A stretch of 64,000 nucleotides of DNA, from contig JAQGDQ010000012.1 of assembly GCA_030141605.1 (NCBI GenBank), positions 310,001-374,000 of the forward strand, in the 5' to 3' direction. This document shows positions 1 through 14,852 of this stretch, piece after piece (position 1 is the stretch's first letter; every line of letters starts with the position of its first letter). The notes beneath the pieces were generated by a model that did no database searches, was not told the DNA's origin, and saw nothing but the letters and a program-made list of their open reading frames with translations. This stretch comes from Tubiluchus corallicola (lineage: Eukaryota; Animalia; Priapulida). The position numbers and the translations under genes were made by a program.

Positions 1-3000
1 TTTTTGAAAGGCAGTCTATTCATGATTATTTATTTCGCTAGGGGTAAATGATCTGCATAATTTGGTGTGCATTACATGCTTAATGTCAAACATCACCATG
101 CGGCGTTTGTGTGGGTTTTGCTCAAACACTTCATTCACTTTACTAACATTTCTCTGTGGTTTTTATGTAGGCTGTATGTGCTATCTTCTGTTAAGTTTCA
201 GAGATTGTTTTGTACCATTTTAAGGCACGTGAAGTACATATATTTCCTATGTTTAATACGTTTCGTCATGTCGCTGTTTGTATCCTTGTCATTTTTTCAG
301 GGTTTTTGTAGAAGTTGTGCTTCCTTTTTAGAATCAAAGTTAGTAAAACAAAGGTCTGAAAAACTAAAATGCGATCTCTTAAATTTAATGTAATCTCTTT
401 TTTGCATTTAGTTTCTTTACTATTTAGAAATAAGAATCTCTGCACTTGGACAGGACTAACATAAATCTCTATGTATGATCTCTATGTTATTTGTATTTAT
501 GCTCAATGTACTGGATTGTAGCATAATACTAGTAAAGTTTTACCACATGACATTGTGTTTTGCATTATTTGAATATATTTTCTGTTTATGTCAATGTTAG
601 TTCACATTAACTGTATGAGTGTCTCACAGATGGTAAATATAATAATATGTGATACTGTGTAAAGTCATAACTTACATATCTATGTAATTTGTGTGATTTC
701 ATGGCCATGCATTGTTCCTGTTATTTATAAATTTGCTGTACAAATTAACTGCTGCTTATTTCTAGATGTATTGTACAGAATTTGGTTTCTTTATGTACGT
801 AAACCTAGTTTGTATAATTGGGGTATGACATTTTAAGCTCTTTGTTAAACATTGATCCATGACTGTGCATAATTAATCATTAGTGATATATTATTTTTTG
901 TATGCAACAAGTAACATGGATCTTCTTAGCTACATTTTTGAGTCTTTTACTGCATTAGCTACCTCAATGAGAATTGTAAGTTGTACATTGCTTTGTATTA
1001 TTGCGATTTTTGTTGAAGCATAGGCTGTCTAACGTATTATATTACTGTAATGTAAATTAGTTGTATAAAATCTAGCAAACGTTCTGATAATGGTTACTCT
1101 TAATGTGAGCGATTTTAGGTTGGTATGTAAAAAAATGCTAGCATTCTGTGTAATATTTAAGCCATTCATCTCTATGTAAATGTGGAATAAGTTAACTTAT
1201 GGTGTTGCTATCAGTTACTCATCATTGATAAGAACAGCTTAAGTAACTGTTGTCATTGTGAGAATGCTCATTTTTGTGGATTATGTGCATAAAAATGCTT
1301 AAAAATACAAAATTATACACAGATAATAACCATAGTTAGTCTGTCTATTTGACTAGTCTTTGAACCCGGTATGTCCACTTTTCCGTTGTAAGTTATTGTA
1401 GTTCATTTTGAACATTTGGTAGTTTTCTTTCTTCCTAGATAGTAACTGAAGTTTGTTTTCCCTTATATTTCCAAGTGTAGTTAAAATATAATACTGTGTA
1501 GCCAAAAAATTATTTCGTTGTAGCATTCTGCGAAGATCGTTGTTCATTCAAGTTCCAACTATTTCTATTTCAGCCATTTTCACGTCAATACTGGTATCAT
1601 GTGGAGACAATATTTCAAGTCAGACTTGCATTACAAAAATGTTATTAATTGAGTGCTCATGTATTTATACAAAGAAATGCAATGCAAACATATCAAAAGT
1701 AGTAAGGTAGCAAAATACGTGTAATAGATACGTAGAAAAATGATATCTAGCTATTACATGTATTTTGCTTTCTTACTCTAATTACATGTTTGCACTGCAT
1801 TTTTTGAATTGGTACATGAGCATGGATATCATTTTTGTAATGTATGTCTGCTGATTTTAGGTTTTCCGGCGCTCTGTAAGAAGCCTTAAAATTCCTCCTT
1901 GGATTAATTAAGTATTTCGTTGTAATTTTTTATTGTTTAAGATATACTACAGAAATGATGATCACTCGCACTGTTGCTACATGGCAATTAAAGTTACAGG
2001 CTTTAACAACATCAACAGCTAAGGTTCAATGGCTGCTGTTGGCAACAGTTTCTGATGATGATTCTTATATGCTTTTGGTTTATCATATTAAATCTTTTTC
2101 TTGTAATAAAATTAAACACTGTTCTGCAATTTTAGTCACCGATATAAACAGAAAAATAGCCTAATATTAACTTTGTATGAATAATAAGTTGTACACACAA
2201 TCCCCTGCTGTTGACTGTTGATGTATAGTGGCGTACTTGTTGTTGTTCTAAAAATAAACCTGCTACTTGAAAATGTTTCTTTTGAGATTTTTTTCAGAAA
2301 ATGTTAATGTACTCCATGTAACATATGATGGAAATGGGATAACGGCGGAATTAGAAGCTGTTGGATATGTGAAAAGCTTGAACGTCGCAAAGATGAGGTC
2401 AAGGGTACACCGCAAATACACCAAATTGCATTGCTAATATTAGGAATTATAATAAGAAGCTTAAGCTTTTAAATGTCTTAATCTTGCACTGCTAGTTCTA
2501 TATAGCCATTTTATCAAAAAGAAAATTTGCATTACAGCACGTAGCCAATAATAACGCTTACTAAAACGCTGTGATAACTCGTTCATAGTCATATAGTGGT
2601 TACAGATGCCTAATAATAGCATAATTTTATATAGTTCTACTGCTTTAAGCCTTCTTCATGCACAATTTATATTTCCTAAGAGACTTAAATGTAAGATCTA
2701 TTATTTTAAAATTACTCTAAAACTCTTACCTTTTTTGTTATCTCATTTCGTATTTCCTTAGAAATTTGGAGCTCTACAGACTTACGGGCATGTGAGACTC
2801 GATAGCCTTGGCACCAATTTACAGAGGTGGCCTGTAAGGAAAATTGCTAATAATGATGTAGCCTACAGGCATACTTCACCTTAGTAGGGGTGAAATAAAT
2901 TGCTTTTGTAGGTTTCGCTTGCAGCCTTTGTTACCTTTCCGAGTTCCATTCCATTGCGTCTTTGCTTCGTCATGTGCTGCGTTGCATTATGTTGTAAATA

Positions 3001-6000
3001 CACATGTCGTGTGGTGTTCTACATGGATGAGAAAAGTATCCTATAGAACAGGTTAAAGATTGTACAGAGAAAAGTGAGATATTAATTTTGTAATTTTGCA
3101 CGATGTTTTTGTGAAAACATACAACTCCTGATGCTACAAACCGCCACCGGATCTAAATTCTTATAAGACCACATATACATAAGCCTATAAGTAACAGTCA
3201 AGTATTGTTTATTTATACATGTATTATAGTCATTCGGATTGAAAGTAGTTTCTTGGTCGCAAAGCAACTCCATAGATGTTATGGCATATTGGACTTGTAT
3301 TTCAAAATTTTGTAGTACACATTCAAGCTGAAATTCCACTTTTAACAGCTCATTTTCTTCCGGCAAGTTTGGCATGCATAAGTTATGGACTCATTCAGAT
3401 ATTCCCTCCATTACTATTCCCTCCACGTATACATATTCCCTTCAAGAAAATTATGTTGCAATTAAGGTTAGGCATAAACAATTAATTAATCCTAGATTCG
3501 TCTGAGTTCCAATATGATCTATGTCTTGTAATCCATAATAGGTCTCTGGTACAATTTATGTACAGAATAACATATGTAGTTAATGAGAATCTACAATGAC
3601 AAAGCAAGATTTTCATCGTTGTCTTCGGATCTTGTCGTGTGGATCCAAAGTTTGCACCAATTAAATATACTTTACTACATAAACAAGCCTGCACGTATAT
3701 GTCAGTATGCAGTGCATTTAATGAGTATTCACTTCGTTAATTTAAAGTTACATTTTCTTTGATAATGTTTCGTAACTAACTCATCGTAATTTATAAAACC
3801 AACATTGACAGAACATGATTATGTAATTTCCAAGAAAAGCAAACACCATTTTGCACGATTTCGTGCACCAAAAGGGGAGAATGCACAAATATAAGTACAT
3901 TGTCACAGCACATGATATTAAAGCAAAACAAAGCATGTAACTCAGATGTTATTGGTTTTCATACTGGATCTGGTACGTATGTTAAAATGACAGAGGAAGA
4001 ATTTACAACACTTTTGAGAAGAATAGCAAGTCTGATGTTTTGCGGAAACAACCAGTTTTGTTGCTGTAAAACTAGCTATATAATCACTCTGTCAACAACA
4101 TTTAATTTTCGTAAATTAAAATTTTCATAAGATAAAGTGATTTTCATTTCAGAAGATATAATGATTTTTGAGCTCTGCATCAGCACGCCCTCGAGAGTAT
4201 CGTTACAAAAGACCAACGCTCAAAATGTAAAAGAATCTCTAGAAGAGTTTGCAGATGCGAGGAATACCCATGACGTGAATGTAATCGAAAGAGCAAAAAC
4301 GAAGTGGGGAAAATGATATGGATAACGCTGTTTTTTGTTTATTTTAATTATGTTTACCACAAACTGCATTTAAGTTTTTGCAGCGATACTTGTCACAGCC
4401 AATTGGAACAAAATTATCCATGACGCAACAATTCAGTATTTCCTGCTTTAACAGTATGTAAGACAAATGCAATGAACGCGATCACCACGTTCGAATAGTT
4501 AAACAAATATGTAGAATATAATGGCTACATAGCGTGGCAGACGCAAGGAGAAGAGCTGAGTTCGAATCCATGTATGGTCATTCGGTACAATTAGGATCAA
4601 AGTGGAAAAGCAGTGTACAGATTAAGATTTGTGGATTTGGACCTACCCACTTTGAAGCGTAGTTGACTACAAGTCTGTAAAATAATCAGAGAATTTCAGC
4701 ATTCTTGTTATGGTCTTTGTGTAACTCTTTACCAACCAGAAGAAAAATTACTCGAAGGCAAATTTGCCAGTGACATTACTCGGGCATCTCAATTATTGTT
4801 CAAGTTTCACTTACATCAGAAGATCTTGTCGTATTTTACCCACCTTGCCAAAGGATCGGCTCAGAAGCACCAGTTGCCCCTTTCTTTGGCGCACATTCGC
4901 CAGAAGCTTATCCTAAATATAATATATTTTTAACATCGGCTGGTTCCGCAGTTAGGTTAAGAATCTTTTTGCATGCACGAAAAGTAACAATTAATGCACG
5001 TGTATAAAAAATGAAAAACAGTTGTGAATTATTAATCTTTCTTTTTCATATTTTAACATATAAAATAAAATATTAGTTAGCTATATTTAGACTTTATTCT
5101 TTCTAAATGTTCAGATAATTTCGGGTCGCTTATCTTGCAGAAATTTGACAATCGCCAGCTCTAGTGCAATATTTTTAAATCTTTTCATATTCAATCTGCT
5201 GATTTGCGCTGACATAACACAACAGACTTAATGAAACTGTACAAAGATAAAACTGCGCATTATAATTACTATAACTAATTGTTTGGCAGACTAGCTATAC
5301 TTTAGCTAGGCTGGCAAGCTAGCTACACATTAAACAAACTGTACTATGTGACTGAGTGACTATAACTATTTTACAAAAAAAAGAAAAAAAAATTGCATCT
5401 ACCTGTACATACTGAGACGGACTTGCTTAACATGTTACTGCAAAACGACTACATATTGATTTATCTCTAGCTGATCGCGCAACAAAAAGATAACTGTTAA
5501 TTTGATATTTTATAAACTGGAGTAGTCATGCAGTCCTAATTGATGAATAAACAAAATTGGCCTGATCATAATTGGCCTGACCTTTGAAACGCGAGCAGAC
5601 TCTCAGACTCTTATATTTACAAAAAAATAGAATTTTTCTTGGTAAATTGAAAAATTACACAGTTTGGTTTGCAGTTTTCTTGAGCATCAGATAAGATAAA
5701 CTATCCATACATCCAAACAAAATTTTTACTAACATATGAAGACTGAAGCCACATTCAATGCTTAGTAAAATTTGAAATGAAGTTAAGAAAATTTTTAAGA
5801 GCTGTGTAATTTCATGTGGTCCGAAAAATTTGTTTTGTACACTGCATTACAAAGACTCGAAAGCTCCAGAATATTATGTTCAGTGTAATGCTTTTTAAAG
5901 AGTATAAAACTATTCTTTTCAAGTTATACATTCTTTCAGTCTTATACTGGCAAGTTTTTATTGAAGTGTATCAATTATAAATATTAGACTAGTACAAGAA

Positions 6001-6482
6001 ATTAATTTGCCTACTTGCAAGTCCACACTAACTCTAAAATTTGGTAAATATATTTATCAAATACATTATCGGATTTTGCAAGGATTGTTAAATTATTTGT
6101 CATTATTACTGAGTAGTCCATGCACAGTAGTCCACAAAGTGCACCTTACTCCCTTACTGAGTTTCTGCTGCCCAACTGCCCTTTATGTTATTCAGAATGC
6201 TATTTATTGATGTCATAGTCCGTTTTTCGTAAAAATTTAGAATAAGGAGTAACTCTATTGCGAGTCTTGACGTCATTCACAGTATAAAAAGTGGCTAAAA
6301 TTTATTACATGAACAACGAACTCGAGAACGGCATCACGGCGAAATAGACGGCTTTATAGAGCTGCTTAACAAATGTTTTAGTTGCGAACCTCAAAACGAA
6401 ATTCTTAGTGGTGTTTTTGCATGCTCATGATCGTGAAGGAAGAAGATAGCCCAACAGAGCCACTGACGTGACTGGAACCAGT

Positions 6483-9400
6483 CTATGGTGTTTCTTCTGC
6501 AGGATGTTTTTTTCTGCCACAGTCAAATGGCAATAAGCTAGATGGCAGCACACGAACGTTTCCACGCAAACCACCTCTGACGTCATTCCACTTGAATATG
6601 GTTCCTGTGTTGTACGTGCAGCTGATTGCTAACAGAGCAACTTCATTCGCAGTTAGTACTCTGTCATATATATTGACATCAGTTAGGGCGCCCACAAAGC
6701 ATTGCTGTTCATCAAAAAGTCCGCCTATGTCATCTTGATCTTGAGCAATTACCAGAGTTCCCCCAGCCTAATAGATGAAAAAAATCGTCAGAAAAACAAG
6801 TAGGCAAAAAACGAACAACCTCAAAGACGACATACTACTTAACGATCTATAAACCTATCAATTAATGGATGTAAATAGTGACCATTACGTTAATTGTTCC
6901 TTCATTACTTAGTTCGCTACCCTGGCCGAGCACCATTCCGTCTAAGTAAATTGCCCACTGTCCACCTTGGGCGCTCCATGTTCCACACAGATGCCGCCAT
7001 CTTCCATCTCGAAAACTGGAGTCTATACTTGATTTTCTGAAAGCAATTATTGATAAAACTCTTTGTAAGCCCTAAATGTTTAATTTTCAGATGATCTCAG
7101 TAGATCTGTAAAACTCTAATTTTTTTATCAAATGTCCGCTACTTAAAAATTATGCTCGAGAATACAGTAATAATTTGGCTCATTTCAACATTTACGATAA
7201 GCGTGTTTTAAACCCCTTCCCTAACACACACTGCACTTCAAAATTTCATAACATTCGAAATAAGCGTACGAATGAATTAAAATAGCTCTCAGGATAACAA
7301 TGTTACAATGAAATTCACAAAAGTAGCGGCTATTAAAAAATTTGCAATAGAGATTTACAATTCTGAATGTATAACAATAATAACAGTTTAAAAACATTAA
7401 CATTGACTTTGGTGCCACTGCAGCTTCTGTTCTCGAAACTTAGAACATAAAATTTCATGTATCAGATGATGTGGAATGATGGTGTGGAATTGCAAAATGT
7501 CACACAAATGGTTTATGGAGAATCTATAATTTTTAAAGAATGAACTTTTTAAATACCTATTCTGATGACCAACGTAGAAGCCAATGCTTGACTGTTCCAC
7601 CACCAGGAAAAGCTCATTGTTTAGCGTCTTTGATGAGGCGTAGGACACAATACTCATTATTCCCGATGTCTCAGTGGACCTCACCCAGGAGCAGACGGAT
7701 ACCATGCGCAATTCAGGAAAAGCATTGCGCTTGATGTAGTAATCAGAAGTCTGTCTTGAAGTTATCAGTAACTCAAATTGTTCATGCGCAAAGGATACTA
7801 AAATAGAGAGAGAACATAAATAAACAAGTTTAACTTAGCTAATACCTGTCGCACACGCGGCAAAATCTTATATGCAACAACTTCTGTCACGCAGATTAGT
7901 CGTCGTGTGCGGTTCCATATAATGCTGTTTTTCCAACCTTGATGCACACCTACATATGCGGGTAAAAACACTTTTCTAGTAAGGAGGTACCTGGGACAAA
8001 TTGTAATGGAATTTTTCTCTTCAAGTTCTGGTAAAACGTGGTCTCAAGTACCATGGAAAATCGGCTAAGATGGGATTTGGTGCTTCTGAGATATATACAT
8101 AAATACGGATGGCACCTCAGGTGGCAGCAGATACAGTTTTGCCCAAAAATCGGTTATCTCTCCCTAAACTATCGAGTATAATTGGGAAGTGTACCAGACC
8201 AAACCAAATATGTCGTTGTTTTTTTCATCTATGATCTCACAAATTGTCGCACTGTTGTCATGGTGTCATTAATGGTGCATATAATTAATCTGAATGTAAA
8301 AAGAGCAACTGTTCGCCAGTTATTACATTCGATAGCCGCAGTGGACTTAAGGGAAGAATTATAATCGAGAATGAGCCATAAAAAGGCCCACAATAAAAGT
8401 AATAGTATTGGATTTGGAAAGCTTTCATACTGCCAGGGTTTTTTTAGCAGCTCATTGGCCATATCATGGAGACTCTCTATGCTATGGATAGAACGCAGTA
8501 AAGCATGTTGCACGGTGGGCAATACGAGGTCACTGCATGATACATTCTATCCTTATTATAACGGCGAATATAACTAACAATTTGCCAGTTGAGAACATCC
8601 ACCCAGATAATATAATAAGAATACATGTATTAAAGTTCCTGACTGCGCGCGAATCTTGCCTGAGACGGTTTACTGCATACAATTTTTTTGCCATATTGCA
8701 GCTTCATCAAAGTAATAACCTATAACGTAAGTTCATTAATAACTTATAATGTAATGAATGGAACATTGCTGAACTGTTTCTGAGTCATCAGTGATCATAT
8801 ATTGCATTTAAGAGTGTTTAAATGTTGTATGTTGGACTTTTTTGAGTCAATGAAATGCTATATTGTTAAACATGAACAGAAAATAAGAGACTAGCTGGTT
8901 TGTTGAGGGAACAGAACAGAACCTAATAATTACTTGATCACTAATCTAAGCAGCTTTCAAATTACTTGAGTTAGCACTGTTCTTGCTGCTTTGCTGAACT
9001 AGAAATTTCGAGGAAAGGAACTGCTGCTTTTAAGAAAACAGGAAAGGAGAGAAGAGAAGAGGGCTGAATGCGTTGTATTTACGTGAAATCGATTTGTGTG
9101 TTGTATTATGTATTTGTGTATCGCACTGATCAAATCTGTTAGGTTAACTAAAATGTCATCGCAACCTCTTCAAAACCTACGGCAAATCCGGTCCTAGCAT
9201 TTCATGCAGCAACAGATCTATGAAATGCAAAGAGCCAAACTGGCTTGGTTGAACACATTAAATTAACTAAAAGCTCACCACATTAAATAACATCACTAAA
9301 TCACAAGTAAGTAACCGTAAAGAGTTGACATCATAATTCATTACATTATAGTATTAGTTATAATAAGCACAGTTGCCATACCAATGTAAAATGCCAGCAT

Positions 9401-9643
9401 AAAAAGAAATAAAATAAAATATTATTGACGAGAATTTGTAATGCAATTAATTTTTTCTAATATATTGAAAGCGGCCTATTTTGATACTGCTAGCTATTTA
9501 GTATGTTGATTCATTGATAACAAGTCAACCTCTTGTGGACTAGAATTCAAACAGTCTTCTTTTTATGATGATATCCCTACTAGACTAAAAAATTAAGTCT
9601 ACCTACCAGCCAAAAAGGATACCAGAATTAGCGCAAACGACAT
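6483..9643 (-). CDS. Secreted short pentraxin (CRP/SAP-like), 4 exons, ~236 aa
   Basis: Exons complement(9607-9643, 7557-7797, 6889-7036, 6483-6767) join in frame via GT-AG introns (711 nt). Signal peptide MSFALILVSFLAVSFA; motifs SVCSWVR, SYAS..NNE, pentraxin signature WRHLCGTWS, and GGTLVIAQDQDDIGGLFDEQQCFVGALTDVNIYDRVL. Confidence 0.88.
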
Positions 9644-9951
9644 TGTGAACGTTTAGCCTTCAACTAAAGTGTCACTATTCGGCATGAAAAGGTTCCAACG
9701 TGTATATGGTACCATCTGTTCTCACAAATTAATGCCATAGAGAGAACATATATACGTGTAGCAGTACTAAAGGTTGTAGTTCCACGGTTAGCGTAATTCT
9801 ATACTAGCTAACAGATGTAAACGTGGGGGTGTATTGCTTATAATCGTGAAAGTTTCACTTTAAATTTTATATTCCCAGAGAGAATATGAAGTCAAATAGT
9901 GTATCAGACTTCCCTCTGTAGCATGTCAAACTATTCTGTCGTCCTGAAGAG

Positions 9952-10150
9952 ATTTGAACACAGTACATTTGGAAACAGGGAAGAAAGATTGAATATAGAA
10001 CGCCTGGACACAAGCAGGTTTGTACACGGCAAGTTAGGGCCCAAGGACGTTTACACAAAAGATGCTTTGATACAGAAAATTTGGATACACCCAACTTTGG
10101 ATACTAGGAAGTTTGGACACGGAATGTTTGGAGACAAATAAAATTTGCAC
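9952..10150 (+). repeat. Degenerate ~15-16 bp periodic array, core TTTGGACAC
   Basis: About 12 units such as atttggatac, ctttggatac, gtttggacac, gtttggagac separated by mostly 5-7 nt variable spacers. The ORF-track peptides here are by-products of the periodicity. Confidence 0.75.
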
Positions 10151-10762
10151 ATATGGGGCTTGTCCGCAGGCAAGATTAAACAGAGGACTTCTGAATGCTG
10201 CGCAAAACAGCGTAACACAACACAATACAGCAGTGAGAGCATAGCATAGCACAGCACAGTACAATCCAATAGAATGTAACGTAATAAAACATAGACTTAA
10301 CATTTACGCATTTTTAACGATAACAGAATGGTTTTACTTGGTCACGTTGTTACGTCTTCTAGCTAAAGTCTAACTATTGAAGGACCCACAGTTAAAAAAA
10401 TTACAATCTGCATATCTATAGACATAACCTTTTGCTCAACTCCGTACTCGTAACATTAAACTAGTATGTGGTGCACTTTTTATTAAAAAAATATAAAAGA
10501 CTAAAAAATTGCTGTGTCTATGTACTGTGCATTAATATGGTGCTTATTTGGTGAAATCTTACAACATATTTGGCAACTGCTGAACTCCGAAATTCGCGGA
10601 TGGTAACAGCAGTTGCGAACCCCATGAAACATAATCTAGGCTTAGTGGAGAGATATATAGAGTCCTGTGTTGTCTTCATTACAACCAGGCTTCTGAAAAA
10701 GTCGTCGTTGACATGAATGCATTCTAATCTGATTTATTTTCTGCAAATTCGGTGGAGAGTTG

Positions 10763-11500
10763 TTAAAGGATAAGAAAATGGGTACCTAAAGTAGGTTTCA
10801 GAAAAATCGCCTAAAGAAATTATATTACTTTATACCAATTTTAATGGTGTATATCGTACTCGCGTTGAAGGAATTTTTTGTTTGTTTTCATTTTCAATTT
10901 CCCGCGTCACTGTGCCGACGGCACCATTACATGACGTCACTTATGCAAGCGTAAATCAAGGGAAGAAAGGTACACGTTAAACTATGTCCTAAAAAACTTT
11001 CCATATAAAATTATATTACTTAGCATTTCGTTTACCTGCTTGAACGATTTATCATCGCGGCAACTAGGAAAGAAAATTATTAATTATTTAAAATGCTTTC
11101 ACCAATTGGCAAAATGTCGCTGACTCACTAACCAAAAACGTATTTTTAATCTTATTGACAAGCTACAGTAATTTTAAATTTTCCTTTGTTAGTGGCGTGT
11201 GCGCTACGAATGCGCTGATTATTTTTTCAAACTTTACAGAATGTTATCTAAACTTGTTTCAAATGACTTATCGTCAAAATGGCTGCGTATAACGGTCATG
11301 GCGGGAGTTTAAATTCACATGTTCTATACAGCGCTATTGCCGACGCAAGTCTAATATGCAAAAAGGCAGTATGTAAGTGGTATAAAATGGCAAGACGAAT
11401 TTTTAAGCTTTATGCAATCTGAGGGTTTTCTTGTGCTTTAATGATTTTTTGCCACATTTTCGGGAAAAAAAGTTAAAACTTGCTGACTTAATAACCCCAT
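10763..11500 (+). mobile_element. Non-autonomous TTAA-ended DNA-transposon-like repeat, copy 1
   Basis: Begins TTAA-AGGATAAGAAAATGGGTACC. Colinear by eye with 29127-29660 (+) and 36260-36822 (-), e.g. TAATCTTATTGACAAG and AAACTTGTTTCAAATGAC. Right end approximate. Confidence 0.7.
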
Positions 11501-12135
11501 TGCATGCGTGTTTGAGTGTATGTCTTCGTAAGCCTGCGAGTAACTGGTTGAGAGAGCAATAATTTATTCTTCTGTGTTGGGCTTTTTCTACAAATCGGCC
11601 CCAAGCAAGGCTACCACGTGGGTTTTCAGTGCAAAGGGATGCAGTTACAAAGTGAGATTGTAAATCCAGGGCCAAAGTTAGCGTAGCTAAGTGCCTTGTT
11701 ATGAAGATATTTGTGTTTGGGAAGCAATGAAGTGAGATGTAGAGAAGAACTTATATGCACTTTGCACTTTGTAATAAAAAGTATTAAACTTCCTAAAGAT
11801 TATCCACTGTATAACTAAACTATAAAAAAGCCAGGGTTAAAAAACTGTGCAGAAATTCATATTATAGCAAATGTAGCAAATGTAGCAAGTCGTCATGTAT
11901 GCAGAGGTAAGTGCGAAAGTGGTCATGGGCTGATTGAATTGATGATCTTTGTACCACACTGTTTGTAAGCGAAGTTAGCAAACGGCGAACGCCTTTACGC
12001 AGCATTGCATATCTGTAATTCCTAAAACGTCCTTGAGTGGTTCTTGTTGTGTCTGCAGTCTAGAGCTATAGGATCATATTAATAGTTAAGAGGGATCATC
12101 TCTACAAAGTTCTGTGTGGTAGGATAATTCTCCAG

Positions 12136-14812
12136 ATGGCGTTCTGTAGTTGGTTGTTCAAAATTACCGTTCTTATCCTGTGCATTATTGCCGTAGGTTT
12201 ATATGTGAAAATCAACATACTCACTCAACCACCGGAACCCTGTAAGCCTGCAGAGCATTCATGGTGGGGTAAGGAGGCAAAAGATTTGAATGCTGACACT
12301 TCACTGCGTCCATTCAAGGTAGATATCAGCCAGCAGGTGATAGAGGACCTGTACAGAAGACTTAACAACACGCGGTTCGTGGAATCACTAGATAACATCG
12401 AGTTTCAATACGGTTTCCACAACCAAGCGCTAAAATCGATTATAAACTACTGGAAGGAGAAGTACAGCTGGAAAGAGTCGCAAAAGGAGCTAAATAAATA
12501 CAATCATTTCCTCACCAACATAAACGGCATTGATCTCCACTTTGTCAGAGTAAAACCTTCGAAGAACTACGAGAGGATAAAGCCGTTGCTTCTGTGTCAT
12601 GGTTGGCCAGGCTCATTCTACGAGTTTTATAAAATAATACCCATGCTGACAGATCCGCTTAGACACGGCGGCAGTAAAGATGATCTGGCTTTTGATGTTG
12701 TCGTCCCGTCCATACCGGGCTTCGCGTTTTCAGAAGCGTCCCACAAGCCAGGTAACAAATGTTCCTTTATTACGTTATCAGCTTATCATTGTATTAGTAC
12801 GGATTATAGTTATATTAAATTTAAGACTGAAGTACTTTAGGTTATAGCTATGGTAAACTGAAAGATTTATGTATGGAGCAAATGCAGTCAGTTACAGTCT
12901 ATATTAAATTCTAGTAAAAGTAAGTATGGCAACTTCAAGGAATTCGCCTTAACATGTGAAAGCCTGCACATTAATGTGGCCCTTTTTTGGATAAAGAAAT
13001 CTGTTTTTTGCGAAGCTCTCTACCACATAACAGTAGCAGCTTTCTTGTGCTTTTCATTCGCAACCTACCTTATTTTCTGTAATAATCGTTATTTTTAGGT
13101 TTTAATGCCATGTATGCCGCTCAAACGTTTGACGTACTAATGCAGAGACTTGGGCATCAAAGGTATTTCGTGCAAGGTGGAGACTGGGGCGCTATTATAG
13201 CTCAGAACATGGCCGCTTTTTATCCAGAAAGGTAAAAACATGAAGCCGCTCCTTTTAGTTATAAGTTTATAACTAATCATTATTATCATATCATATTAAT
13301 ATCATTATAACAATTCACAAAGCATATAATGTGTTATTCGAGCAGAACAGGAAGGGTTTTGTGTTAAATCAAGTGCACTAAAATTATGCCTCTTGTCAAG
13401 CTGCTCTTGTGGAGCTTGAGAACAGGGCAGCTTTAGTCCAAGACCGTTAAACATGAAATGCGCCACTTTTGTCAGGTTATCAGACTTCCTGAACTAACGT
13501 GCAATAACTGAAACATATCTGCATAAGCCATCGGTTATCAACATTTACCGGAAATGGGGCTTAGATTTTTTTGTAAAGCGTTTCAACAAAATTTTTTCAT
13601 CTGCCACGTGATCTGCGTTCCACTTATCTTCCCCTGTTTCTGTAAGTGACTATCTCTCATGAATTTGAAACAATAATTGTATGGGATACCAATGCATTGC
13701 TTTGATTTTTATGTTTGTCTTCAAATTTAAATTTTATTTTAGAAAACTGTTTTAACAGGGTAGCTGGCATTCACCTTAACATGGTGGCGGTATCACCTAC
13801 TCCTCTCTACTTTCTCAAGGTTGCCATTGGATCACTCTTTCCTAGTCTAGTCATGGATGCCAGAGATGAGTGGAAGGTTTACCCATTTTTTGAGAAACTA
13901 AAACTTTTGTGGAGAGAAATGGGTTACTTCCATCTTCAAACCACAAAACCAGATACTGTAGGCAAGTCAGCTTTAAATTTAATTTTGGTTAGATAATCTT
14001 GTTGTAATGACACTAAAATCACAAACGGCCATTGTTGCAGTTATCTTAGAAAATTTGTTAGTTCAGACCTAAAAAGTACAGAAATTACGAAGTACTATAT
14101 ATCACAAAATCCCCTTTTGAGGCAGTCTTTGACTTTGTCAATGCATGTTGTATTCTACAAATAACAGAGTTAACGGAATGATTTTTATATCAAAGTCGCA
14201 TTCAGGAGTATATCTGAACTGCACGTCCTACTGATCTCTTATGCTTACAGTAACTGATAACCAAAAATAACCAACAACCAGTATACAAAAAAGGTAATTA
14301 GTCGCCAAACTGTAAAAGCTAGTCAGTTATTTACATTACTTAATATATAGAGAGTGTAGCAGTTTTTACTGCATAACAATTATTGTTAAATATGTTGCTA
14401 GAAAAACGAGGCAAACTACATCATCGTACACACACGACAGTTTGATAATATCACGGTACCATTCTTAAAGAGTTCTGTTTTGCCTTCTGATTTAGGTGTT
14501 GCGCTTACCGATAGTCCGGCAGGTTTAGCTGCGTATATATTGGAAAAGTTTTCCAGCTGGACAACTATGAACAATGTCAATGAGTTAGGTGGTGGTTTGA
14601 AAACATTGTCTATGTCAATGGACGAGTTACTAACAAATGTTATGATTTATTGGGTCACTAACAGCATCACCAGTTCAATGAGGTTTTATAAAGAGTATTG
14701 GCTATCTAACGAGCAAGACCAATTGTTCAGGTATAATTACAAAATCATTAGTGTTGGGTTGATATCATTGCTGTCATTGTCAGTAATGCTGCGCAACTAG
14801 TTGTCGATGATA

Positions 14813-14852
<40 letters not shown>

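Noticed and set aside
1-2260. Short ORFs in the first 2.3 kb
   Set aside because: Composition and AATAAA near 2253 suggest the 3'UTR of a gene outside the window; the peptides are low-complexity and unrecognisable.
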